A DNA stretch of 64,000 nt, taken from Magnetococcales bacterium. GTDB taxonomy: Bacteria; Pseudomonadota; Magnetococcia; Magnetococcales; JADFWT01. Positions 18,454-26,865 of the stretch are shown here, one piece after another (the first letter of the stretch is position 1; every line of letters starts with the position of its first letter). Under the pieces are notes generated by a model that saw only the letters and a program-made list of their open reading frames with translations, was not told the DNA's origin and searched no databases. The position numbers and the translations under genes were made by a program. The stretch is from the NCBI GenBank assembly GCA_015233785.1, contig JADFWT010000002.1:2598-66597 (forward strand). Reading direction: 5' to 3'.

Positions 18454-18537
18454 TTTGGGTTTCCTGCTATGGGTTCGAGGGAGGCACGCCCCATCTCGCC
18501 ATGAAACCGGATGGAGCGTGCGGACCGGATAGCTTAC

Positions 18538-18729
18538 CTAAGCGGCGAAGCGTTTACGGATCGTCTCAATCTCACCTTCCGGAAGGCCCAACCAGGTGAG
18601 GAACGACTGATGCCCATCAGGGCTGTGTGTCTCAAAGAGCTGATGCCACTTTTGCATATCCTCGTCGCCGAGCCCGATCTCCTGGAACAGGGTGATCCAG
18701 AGATCTTTGTTCATGGTGTGGTTTTGCAC
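18538..18729 (-). CDS. Stand-alone paralog (63 aa) of the MerR C-terminal domain
   Basis: NKDLWITLFQEIGLGDEDMQKWHQLFETHSPDGHQSFLTWLGLPEGEIETIRKRF aligns with DKERWVAMLDGAGMDDKAKENWHALFEADAPEAHQDFLESLGIDPEEINHIRRQS. The GTG start at 18729 has AAGGAG 7 nt upstream (18737-18742). Confidence 0.7.
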   Translation of the reverse strand: MQNHTMNKDLWITLFQEIGLGDEDMQKWHQLFETHSPDGHQSFLTWLGLPEGEIETIRKRFAA

Positions 18730-18784
18730 GTTGCGTCTCCTTCATTAGGGGATGGAATGATGGGGGTGGCCACCCTGGTTCAGG

Positions 18785-18815
18785 AGTCTCAACTGTGAAG
18801 CAGTAGACAGGTCAA
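18785..18815 (-). promoter_or_regulatory. Candidate MerR-type promoter (19-bp spacer)
   Basis: On the minus strand: TTGACC (18815-18810), a 19-bp spacer (18809-18791), then GAGACT (18790-18785), ~55 nt upstream of the small gene. The over-long spacer is the MerR-family hallmark. The -10 is weak and the dyad is poor. Confidence 0.3.
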
Positions 18816-18963
18816 GATTTTTTATACGCGGGGTTGTGTCTTATCTCCGCGCCATCATTGTTTGGATGGTATTAAGAAGTGCCTTGTTGCCAAGCGATTT
18901 GGTCAGATGCAGATTACACCCCGCCATCTGGAGTTTGCGTCTGACCGGTAGAATCTCAGTGGT

Positions 18964-19935
18964 TTAAGAGGTCCGTTTCAGTAGCTGGTCAAAGTAGGCG
19001 ATGGTCTTCTCCAGCCCTTTCTTCAGGGGAACCTGAGGTTCCCATCCCAACTCTTTTCGGGCCAAGGTGATGTCGGGACAGCGCCGCGTTGGGTCGTCGC
19101 CGGGCAGTGGTTTATGGACCACTTCGGAGCTGGATCCGGTCAACTCCAATACATGTTCCACCAGTTCAGAGATGGTGAATTCACCAGTATTGCCCAGATT
19201 AATTGGACCGGTGACATGGTTGGGGCTGCCCATCAGTCGCACAAATCCTTCGATCAGGTCGTCCACATAGCAGAACGAGCGTGTCTGCTGACCATCGCCA
19301 TAGACGGTAATCGGTTGGTTGGTAAGGGCCTGAATGATGAAGTTAGAGACCACCCGTCCATCATTGGGGTGCATGTTTGGGCCGTAGGTATTGAAAATGC
19401 GTGCTACTTTGATGCGCAGGTCGTATTGACGATGGTAGTCAAAGAAGAGTGTCTCGGCGCAGCGCTTGCCTTCATCGTAGCAGGAGCGGATACCATGGGG
19501 GTTGACATGGCCCCAATAGTGTTCCGGTTGGGGGTGCATCTCCGGGTCGCCATACACTTCGCTGGTGGAAGCCTGAAAAATTTTCGCGCGCACCCGTTTG
19601 GCCAGTCCCAGCACGTTGATGGCACCGTGGACATTGGTTTTGATGGTCTGGACTGGATCAAACTGATAGTGGACCGGCGAGGCGGGGCAGGCCAGATTAT
19701 AGATCTCATCCACTTCCACATAGAGTGGAAAGGTGACATCGTGGCGCATCACTTCAAAATTGGTGTGATCGAGCAGTTCGACAATGTGTTCACGGGCTCC
19801 GGTGAAAAAATTATCCACGCAGAGAATCTCATGCCCTTCGTCCAGAAGACGTTTGCAGAGGTGGGAGCCCAGAAAGCCTGCCCCTCCAGTCACCAGAATT
19901 CGTTTATTTCGGTAGTCTTGCATAGCTTCGATCAA
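18964..19935 (-). CDS. uxs: UDP-glucuronate decarboxylase (UDP-xylose synthase)
   Basis: Near-collinear with UXS enzymes: [60 protein letters not shown]. Confidence 0.92.
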   Translation of the reverse strand: MIEAMQDYRNKRILVTGGAGFLGSHLCKRLLDEGHEILCVDNFFTGAREHIVELLDHTNFEVMRHDVTFPLYVEVDEIYNLACPASPVHYQFDPVQTIKTNVHGAINVLGLAKRVRAKIFQASTSEVYGDPEMHPQPEHYWGHVNPHGIRSCYDEGKRCAETLFFDYHRQYDLRIKVARIFNTYGPNMHPNDGRVVSNFIIQALTNQPITVYGDGQQTRSFCYVDDLIEGFVRLMGSPNHVTGPINLGNTGEFTISELVEHVLELTGSSSEVVHKPLPGDDPTRRCPDITLARKELGWEPQVPLKKGLEKTIAYFDQLLKRTS

Positions 19936-20071
19936 TAGGTATTGAAGGTGGCAGGCCGTATGGAAGCAGCGGCCCTAAATCACAGGGTCTTGAGATTAAC
20001 ATGACCTCTGAACGATCATACAGTATATACGTCGAAGATCCTATGTTTGGTGCGCAAGGCCGATAGGTGGT

Positions 20072-21253
20072 TTAGCTACTGCTGGCGGCGCTTTCCGTGG
20101 TGGTGGTCGTGGTAGTGGTCTCGGTAATGTCGGCGTCCACCTCGGCTTCATTCACCGTGGCCTGGATCTCTTCGGCAGCCCCTGGATTATTTTGCGTGAC
20201 GGCCGCTGCAATAGCCTCTCCGGCAGAGGGATTGATGGCCGTAACGGCACCTGCCACATCAGCGGCTGATTCCGGGGCGGCTTTGCTCACTGCATCTGCG
20301 ATACCTACAGCGGCTTCGGTATTGATGGTTGCAACGGCAGTTGCGATGGCCGTGGCCGAGTCGGGGGCGGCTTGGGTTACTGCGCCGGCAATAGCAACGG
20401 CCGCTTCAGCGTTGACGCTGGTAACGGCAGAGGCCACGGCCGCCGCAGCCCCTTGGTTAACCGTTGTAACGGCCGAGGCGATTTGTGCCGCAGAATCAGG
20501 CTGCACCTGCGTAACGGCCGCCGCAATCCCGGCGGCGGAGGCGGGAACCGATGTGGTGACTTGGGCAGCGACCTGGGCGGCAGAGGCTGGCGCAGCATTG
20601 GCCACACGGGCTGCAATGTTAGAGGCTGCGGAAGGTACTGCTTTAGCCACTTGGCCAGCGATCTGAGTCGCGGACTGGGGCACAGCAGCGGTGACACTGC
20701 CGGCAATTTTAGCGGCTTCAGCCGGGACAGCCGTTGCTACGGACGTCGCAATTTCGGCGGCAGATTCTGGAGCCATGCGGGCCACCTGGCTGGCAATTTG
20801 TACGGCGGCTTGGGGCGATGATGTGGCAATCTCCCGGCTTACCTGACCGGCAATACTGGCTGCCTCTCTAGGATTGATCCGGGTGAGCTGCATGGCAATT
20901 CTGGTGGCATTTTGAGGGGAGACTCGGGCCACCTGGGCTGCAATGGCACCTGAGGATTGTGGTGCGGCGCGCGCAATGGCAGCCGCCACAGCCATAATGG
21001 AGTTGCCAGGCAGGCTATCGGCCAGGGCGGCGGTAATATCGGCGGCGGATTCTGGTGATGCGGTAGCAAGCTGTGCCGCCAATTGGGCCGCGCGTCCGGG
21101 ATTTCCGGCCGCTTGAGCCACCAGGGCCTGGATTTGTGCCGTGGTGGCAGGAGCTGCCGAGACGGACATGGGCGTTATAAGAAAACCTCCACCGAGTATT
21201 ACAGCGCCTGCAACACTCAACAGTCCACCTCTTCCACGCCATGCGCTACGCAT
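20072..21253 (-). CDS. Secreted Ala-rich protein of ~22 tandem 15-residue repeats with a C-terminal poly-Thr/Ser tail
   Basis: AAGGAG lies 7-8 nt upstream of the ATG at 21253. Signal peptide MRSAWRGRGGLLSVAGAVILGGGFLITPMSVSA. Repeat consensus P-x-S-A-A-x-I-A-x-x-V-x-x-x-x. The tail is ITETTTTTTTTESAASSS. Confidence 0.8.
   Translation of the reverse strand: MRSAWRGRGGLLSVAGAVILGGGFLITPMSVSAAPATTAQIQALVAQAAGNPGRAAQLAAQLATASPESAADITAALADSLPGNSIMAVAAAIARAAPQSSGAIAAQVARVSPQNATRIAMQLTRINPREAASIAGQVSREIATSSPQAAVQIASQVARMAPESAAEIATSVATAVPAEAAKIAGSVTAAVPQSATQIAGQVAKAVPSAASNIAARVANAAPASAAQVAAQVTTSVPASAAGIAAAVTQVQPDSAAQIASAVTTVNQGAAAAVASAVTSVNAEAAVAIAGAVTQAAPDSATAIATAVATINTEAAVGIADAVSKAAPESAADVAGAVTAINPSAGEAIAAAVTQNNPGAAEEIQATVNEAEVDADITETTTTTTTTESAASSS
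20141..21145. repeat. Degenerate 45-bp coding tandem repeat array (~22 units)
   Basis: A periodicity of 15 codons is visible throughout the translated protein. The units are diverged at DNA level, not identical. Confidence 0.75.
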
Positions 21254-21447
21254 CGGATCTCTCCTTAAAAAGGATCGCACAATAGAGACTTACCGTTTAT
21301 CAAATAGAAAAGAAGTCAGGGAAAGGCCGGAAGGGGGCCTGTTTACAAAAAAACCCTCTCTTACCCTATACTGTTGTCGGCCTGCTTGTCAAGCGTATCA
21401 GGTTCTGTTGAAAGATGGTTGGTTCCGTCCTGCCTTGTAAATCGACC

Positions 21448-22653
21448 CTAATCACGAAACCTCTGTATAATCTTCTCCATGCTGCGCCCGATGCTGTGTT
21501 CCGACAGGGCACGCTTCTGTCCTGCCCTCCGCAGTCTTGTTCTAAGCGCGGGGTCGGCCTCCAGGCGAGTTATCTTGGCCACCATCTCTCTGGCATCGTG
21601 ATAGGTTTCGATCTCTTCGCCAATCTTGAAAAGATCCTCAAGTTCTGCGGCCCATTCGGTCAGGTAGCAGGCACCCAACATGGGGGCCTCGATTTCCCGA
21701 AGACGGGCGTAGGTGTTTGGCTGATGAAATGGATAGCGCAGGCTTGGGTAGCGGGTGACACCCAAAAAAATACGGCTCTTCTGGCAGATCTCAATGAATT
21801 CGTCATGGTTGGGAGCTGGACGAACATGTGCTTCAAAGAGTCTGTCTGGAAGTGGTTTACGAAACCGGTTGGCGACCTTCCGCAGCAGGGGGCTCACGCT
21901 CTGTTCTTGTTGGACCATGGCCAGTTGCCGTTTGAGAACCGTCGGCCATGGTGCACGCGGTGGAGGAGGGGTGGGTGTCATGGAGGGGGTATGGGGTGGA
22001 GGCGGACCCCATCCACGACCGCGCAGTTCAAGCTTGGCGCCGTATTTTAGAGCCTCGGCAAACAGCATCTCCCTTTGGGCATCACGGGTGCCGATAAAGG
22101 TGGGACCGTAGCACTCTTCCTTGCTGAGGGTGCGAAATTTTGGATCTACCCACATGGGCATAGGCAGGTGGATACTGGCGAAACCCTGTTTGTGATAAAG
22201 TGGTAAGGCGTTTTTTTCCGGCACCCAGTTAAGATCAAAAATCCCAAAGGAAGCTGGAATGGTGCGAAAGTTCCGAATGTTGTCGCAGAAATAGTTGACA
22301 CATGGGATGCCCATAGCCTGGATGTCACGGATTGCGGCCTCTTCCACCATGTGGGGGTAGCAGTAGCTGAGAAACAGGTTGATGGGTTGCTCTTGATGGG
22401 CTGTCCGAATGGCGGCGATGGTCGGGCCCCAGGTGCGATCTCGCCAAGTTTGTACCGCATGGTGATCGTCGGTATCCAGCATCAGGCCCGAGGCCCAGTC
22501 TACGGTAGGATGTTCCAGCCACTGGTAGCCGCTCTCTTCCAGGCCCGGTTTAAGATATGCCTGCCAAAATTTATAGGCAGGTATAGGGTGCTGTGTGTCG
22601 CCGGATTGAAGAAAGCTGAGATAGATACGCATGGCTGTTCTCCTGGCGGTCAC
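21448..22653 (-). CDS. CgeB-like / Glyco_trans_1_2-type glycosyltransferase with an internal Pro-rich insertion
   Basis: C-terminal ARLREIEAPMLGACYLTEW...EEIETYHDAREMVAKITRLEADPALRTRLRRAGQKRALSEHS resembles the CgeB-family GT-B C-lobe. It contains a PPPPHTPSMTPTPPPPRAP insertion. Its start overlaps the upstream stop by 4 nt. Confidence 0.6.
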   Translation of the reverse strand: MTARRTAMRIYLSFLQSGDTQHPIPAYKFWQAYLKPGLEESGYQWLEHPTVDWASGLMLDTDDHHAVQTWRDRTWGPTIAAIRTAHQEQPINLFLSYCYPHMVEEAAIRDIQAMGIPCVNYFCDNIRNFRTIPASFGIFDLNWVPEKNALPLYHKQGFASIHLPMPMWVDPKFRTLSKEECYGPTFIGTRDAQREMLFAEALKYGAKLELRGRGWGPPPPHTPSMTPTPPPPRAPWPTVLKRQLAMVQQEQSVSPLLRKVANRFRKPLPDRLFEAHVRPAPNHDEFIEICQKSRIFLGVTRYPSLRYPFHQPNTYARLREIEAPMLGACYLTEWAAELEDLFKIGEEIETYHDAREMVAKITRLEADPALRTRLRRAGQKRALSEHSIGRSMEKIIQRFRD

Positions 22654-23744
22654 GCACCTTTGGAAGTGGAGGTGAAATCGTAGCAGCGATCTGCAGGAAA
22701 ATAATGGCAGCAGGATTTACAGATATAAGGGAGTGAGTCATTCAGAAAACGGCGACGGAATGCCTTGATGCGCTCCCCGCCCCAGATCTCCTCCAGCGTA
22801 TTTTCGTTCAAGTGGCCGATTAGCAGATCATCCGGATGACCCTTGTTGGTGAAGCGGCAGCCGCAAACTTCCACTTTGCCGTCATACTGAAGTTTGAGAC
22901 GGAATGCGCCGTAACAGGGGATCTTCATATCTTTTATAATGGTATCAAGCTTCATAAACGGTCCCGGAAGATCTTCTGGCTTGATCATCTCTCCCCAGGA
23001 GTCGTATATCGCTCCAAAATTAACCTGAACCTTATCGCTCTGCACATAGGGGGCGATCATGGTTTGATAATCGGGGCGGTGCAGATTGGTATATGGGGGG
23101 GCCTCACTGCGGATCTGAAGGGCAATGGTCACTGGGTGTCCAAGGGCTTTGTTGGCCTCCAGCAATTGGGTAACACCGCGCATCAGTTTGTCGTATGAGC
23201 GGTTACGATAGATGCGCTGATACTCCTCTTTGTCAAAACCGGACATGGAGATACTGATGGCGGTAACGCCCGATTTCAGGAGGGCGTTAAGGTCGGTTTT
23301 ATAGAGAAGAATACCGTTGGTGATAAAGAGAATGGAGTCAAAGTTTTGCCGACCGGCAAACTGAAGCATGCTCAGGCACTTCTTGTGGACCAGATTTTCC
23401 CCCACCAATGGGCTGACCACCAGTGTTTGTCCGCCCATTTTTTTAAACTGTAATACCGCACGTTGAAACAACGTCTCGTCAATAAAGCCGTGCGGGCGCT
23501 GTTGATATTGATAGCCGCAGAACAGGCAGTCGGCATTGCAGATATTGGTGATTTCGATATCCAGTTGTCGAACAGGAGCGAGCTCCCATCGACGTAGTTC
23601 CTCCTCTGGCAATGGTGGAGTCTGCCTGATATTGCGTTGCAGTTTGGTTTTCTGAAAGGCGTGTCGCAGACGAATGGCGCGTTCCAGCATATTTGGAGCA
23701 AATCGACCAATCCAAGCTTTGACAGTCCGTTTCATGGAGCGCAT
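22650..23744 (-). CDS. Radical SAM enzyme with a Cys-rich SPASM/twitch-like C-terminus
   Basis: CX3CX2C motif in IEITNICNADCLFCGY. C-terminal cysteines in PCYGAF...VEVCGCRF...YICKSCCHY. Confidence 0.8.
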   Translation of the reverse strand: MRSMKRTVKAWIGRFAPNMLERAIRLRHAFQKTKLQRNIRQTPPLPEEELRRWELAPVRQLDIEITNICNADCLFCGYQYQQRPHGFIDETLFQRAVLQFKKMGGQTLVVSPLVGENLVHKKCLSMLQFAGRQNFDSILFITNGILLYKTDLNALLKSGVTAISISMSGFDKEEYQRIYRNRSYDKLMRGVTQLLEANKALGHPVTIALQIRSEAPPYTNLHRPDYQTMIAPYVQSDKVQVNFGAIYDSWGEMIKPEDLPGPFMKLDTIIKDMKIPCYGAFRLKLQYDGKVEVCGCRFTNKGHPDDLLIGHLNENTLEEIWGGERIKAFRRRFLNDSLPYICKSCCHYFPADRCYDFTSTSKGA

Positions 23745-23773
23745 GGCGCTTTCATCCTTCCAGGAAGATTGAT

Positions 23774-25288
23774 TTAAGACGGCTGAGATCCTGCTTCCCT
23801 TCGTGATGATTTGATCTGTGGATGACGATACGATTCACCCAAACTGCGACCAGGAATGTCTCGTTGTCTTTTTCCTCGGGTTTTGTGAGGAAGGACGGTT
23901 GCCTGAAGCCCCATGGCCAAAATGACCAAAAACAGAATGCGGTTGGAGGGAATATGAAAGTTGAAGTCAACCAGGCTGTGTAAGACAAAAGAGAGAGAAG
24001 CCGTGAGGGAGGCAAAGAGCATGCCTCTGGCCAACGGGTCGCGTCGTCGCATGTAGTTGCGGAACATGATCGACCAGAAAGCGACGATGGCGGCTACCAG
24101 TAGGGCATAGCCGAACAGGCCAAAGTCACTCATCACCTCAAGGTGGTCGTTATGGACATGATCGTAGAACGCATGCAGTCGGTCGCTTCTATAGAGGGGG
24201 AAGGTGAATTGAAAGGTTCCTCCCCCGGTGCCGAAGAATGGATAGTCGGCAATTTTTCTCATGGTGGCTTCAAAAACATCTTGCCGCCCCATTTCGATAA
24301 ATTCCTGATTGATGAAGCGTCCGGTAAGGTGCCCAAGGCCGAAGTAGCCGCCAGCAATGATGGAAACAAGAATCAGAGGAACGATCAAACGCCGTTCTCG
24401 ATAGGATCGGCGGCGGCGAAACAGCGTTGATATGGTGATTAGAAACAGCGAGGCGAACAGAGCCATGCTTCCAGCGCGAGACTGGCTTAGAAACAGCCCC
24501 AGAAACATCACCACGACCAACATGCCCATCAACCCCATTTTGCTACTCAAATTGTTCATGAAGTTTTGGATGCCTTCGCCGACTGTATAGCGATTTTTGT
24601 GACTGCGCATCCAGGCGATCATAAGGCCAAAGGCGATGGGGATGGTGAGTCCCATGAAGCCGGCTAGATGATTGCGGTTGATAAACGTACCGGTGACGTA
24701 GCCCTTGTTGGTATGTTTTGGGATCCACCATACATGTTCGTGCCCGGTTAACACTTCAAACAGCCCATAGAGTGCCTGAAATGCGCCTGCAAAGACGATG
24801 GTGTAGGCCAGAAGCCGTAGTCGGTGACGGGTGGTGGCCAGTGCCAGAGTAAGCCAGACTGCGGCCAAACTGGCCATACTAAGCAGCCATGCCGATTGGG
24901 TGGCATGGAGATCCAAACTCAGGCTGTGATCCCCTTGCAGTCCCGCGTAGCGAAGCATGGCTACTGTAGATCCAGAGGTGCGTTCTAGCAGTGCTTCCGG
25001 CATGGGGATCATTTGGATCAGTGGATAGAGTGCCCATAACGTTAGCAGCAGAATCGGCGTTGGATGATCTTCCAGGCCATGTCCCAGTGGGGCTTTGTGG
25101 ATGATTTGCGATACCGCCCAGATCAGTAGCGTTAGAAACAGCAGCGCGGTCATCAGATGCAGTGACCAGACTCGGTTGCTTCCGAGGGGTAGCGGGATCC
25201 AAACCATAATGGCGAGAAAGAAGAAAAACAGCTTGGGATAGGGTCGTAGAGCCTCTTCCTGTTTTTTGCGTTCTTCCCGGCGGCTCAT
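23774..25288 (-). CDS. O-antigen ligase/polymerase-like (Wzy_C family) polytopic membrane protein
   Basis: About 10 or more TM segments. It carries the characteristic LFLSQSRAGSMALFASL loop. The likely start, the ATG at 25288, overlaps the upstream TGA (ATGA). Confidence 0.75.
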   Translation of the reverse strand: MSRREERKKQEEALRPYPKLFFFFLAIMVWIPLPLGSNRVWSLHLMTALLFLTLLIWAVSQIIHKAPLGHGLEDHPTPILLLTLWALYPLIQMIPMPEALLERTSGSTVAMLRYAGLQGDHSLSLDLHATQSAWLLSMASLAAVWLTLALATTRHRLRLLAYTIVFAGAFQALYGLFEVLTGHEHVWWIPKHTNKGYVTGTFINRNHLAGFMGLTIPIAFGLMIAWMRSHKNRYTVGEGIQNFMNNLSSKMGLMGMLVVVMFLGLFLSQSRAGSMALFASLFLITISTLFRRRRSYRERRLIVPLILVSIIAGGYFGLGHLTGRFINQEFIEMGRQDVFEATMRKIADYPFFGTGGGTFQFTFPLYRSDRLHAFYDHVHNDHLEVMSDFGLFGYALLVAAIVAFWSIMFRNYMRRRDPLARGMLFASLTASLSFVLHSLVDFNFHIPSNRILFLVILAMGLQATVLPHKTRGKRQRDIPGRSLGESYRHPQIKSSRREAGSQPS

Positions 25289-26103
25289 GACAACCCCTCT
25301 GAGATATGGTGTCTGTTGACAGGTGGGTGTATCCAATCCTGGCGTCCAGAAGAGGGTGGCATTAGGCTGGATGACTTACCCTTGGCAAGTTGAGCGTCGA
25401 TTTCCGAGAGGCGTTTGTTAACATCATGCACCTGATTGCGATTCTCAACCAGCCATCGACGCACGATCTTCAGCCGTTTGTAGCGTGTTGCCACTCTGAT
25501 CACCAATGCATAATGTTGGTTGATCATGGTCAATACCTGATTGCGTAGTGTCTCTCGACCGTGTTGGTCAAGCAAAGACCATAAATTCATGCGCAGTTTG
25601 AGTGCCCGCTCTTGAATGCCGGGCTCCAACGGGCCTAGCACTGCGGCCCGCTCCAAGGTTTGCAGCGCCATTTTGCGCTGTGCCTTTTGGGTGAGCTGAG
25701 CATATGCCAACTTCATCCACGCCTCTCCCCAGGTCGGGCGCAAACGGGCGGCTTCCTGATAGTAAAGAGCGGCACGTTGATAAAACTGGTTGGCATTATT
25801 GGAGCGGCGTGGAAAGAAACGGGCCTGTTGAAAATGAAGGTCGCCCAGCTTATCCAGATAATCGGGATTGACCGGATTAAGATCGTGTGCCCGCCACATA
25901 AACTGTACCGATTTGCGCCAGATTTCACGATTCATGGGGGAGGAGTTTTTATTGGCGATGCGTTCTTGTTGAACCCATTGCACTGGTAGAGTGAAGAGAT
26001 CGGCTACACACCAAATGACGGACCAGACCATAAGAGCCGCGGTGGCAATGGCCAGCAGAAGATAGGTAAAGCGCTGCTGGAGAAGCTCCAGGAGGTCATT
26101 CAT
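25285..26103 (-). CDS. Membrane-anchored TPR-like protein
   Basis: N-terminal TM segment YLLLAIATAALMVWSVIWCV, then TPR-like helices (FYQRAALYYQEAARLRPTWGEAWMKLAYAQL). It has 4-nt overlaps with both neighbouring genes. Confidence 0.55.
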   Translation of the reverse strand: MNDLLELLQQRFTYLLLAIATAALMVWSVIWCVADLFTLPVQWVQQERIANKNSSPMNREIWRKSVQFMWRAHDLNPVNPDYLDKLGDLHFQQARFFPRRSNNANQFYQRAALYYQEAARLRPTWGEAWMKLAYAQLTQKAQRKMALQTLERAAVLGPLEPGIQERALKLRMNLWSLLDQHGRETLRNQVLTMINQHYALVIRVATRYKRLKIVRRWLVENRNQVHDVNKRLSEIDAQLAKGKSSSLMPPSSGRQDWIHPPVNRHHISEGLS

Positions 26104-26858
26104 ATGAGAAACTCCGGGATAGTTGTCACCATTGAAAGGGCTTGTTGGGGGCCGACAATATGTGAAACGGCATCAACTGCTGTGTCGAGTATTGGTGTTC
26201 GGTTTTCCAGATTGTGAGCGTCGCTGGCCAGAATATGGCCCCAGCCGCGTTGTAATAGGTCAGAAGCTGTTTTTTTGGCCGTTGGTCCAAAGCCACCGAG
26301 AAATGAGCCTGCCGTCAGGTTGACCAGACAGCCTATTTTCATAAATGGGCGCAGTAGATCCTGGTTGGCTTGGATAGCGGTGTTACGCTCTGGATGAGCG
26401 ATGATTGGCACGATATCTCTAGACACCAGCCACGACACCAAGTTATCACTACCGACCGGCACCGACTGATGGGGCAGTTCCAGCAGAACAAAATTTTTGC
26501 CGTCTTCTCTGGGATGATCGGGTTGATTGAAAAAAGGTAGTTCTCCTTTTCGGGCGAGCGTCACCACTTCCGGGGAGAGCCGGATCTCCGCGGCACTGTA
26601 GATCGTCAGGTTGATCTGAGCTTTCTTCAGCTCAATACGAAATGCTTCGGCCCGTTTTCGGATGGCGCTGAGTGTATTGTTGAAAACGCCCGGAATAATA
26701 TGTGGTGTTGCCATGATGGCTGAAGTGCCGTGGTCTACAGCCATCTGGGCCATTTCCAGTGCCATCTCCAGATTTTCGGCACCATCATCGATACCCGGCA
26801 AAATGTGACAATGCAGGTCGATATAGCCTTGATGTCGGGATGGTGCATCGATGGCCAT
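26100..26858 (-). CDS. PHP-family (CpsB/YwqE-type) protein-tyrosine phosphatase
   Basis: The IDLHCHILPGIDDGA motif plus later HPERN and SDAH motifs. The true start is probably MAIDAPS at 26858, 8 nt after the wzc stop. The ORF-track N-terminal extension is antisense to the wzc GY repeat. Confidence 0.85.
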   Translation of the reverse strand: MAIDAPSRHQGYIDLHCHILPGIDDGAENLEMALEMAQMAVDHGTSAIMATPHIIPGVFNNTLSAIRKRAEAFRIELKKAQINLTIYSAAEIRLSPEVVTLARKGELPFFNQPDHPREDGKNFVLLELPHQSVPVGSDNLVSWLVSRDIVPIIAHPERNTAIQANQDLLRPFMKIGCLVNLTAGSFLGGFGPTAKKTASDLLQRGWGHILASDAHNLENRTPILDTAVDAVSHIVGPQQALSMVTTIPEFLI

Positions 26859-26865
26859 TGTCGAA

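Noticed and set aside
19114-19938. 274-aa + strand ORF opposite the UDP-xylose synthase gene
   Set aside because: The minus-strand product matches UXS motifs almost residue by residue. The + strand ORF is a shadow frame.
20097-20821. Long + strand ORFs (189 aa and 149 aa) rich in Ala/Val/Gly/Arg opposite the repeat-protein gene
   Set aside because: These are shadow ORFs created by the GC-rich, stop-poor repetitive sequence. They lack an RBS. The minus-strand frame has an RBS, a signal peptide and a coherent 15-residue periodicity.
20141-21145. CRISPR-like regular repeats (also considered for 26917-26990)
   Set aside because: Both are in-frame coding repeats (45-bp degenerate units and 6-bp units). 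They lack conserved repeat/unique spacer alternation, and no cas genes are present.
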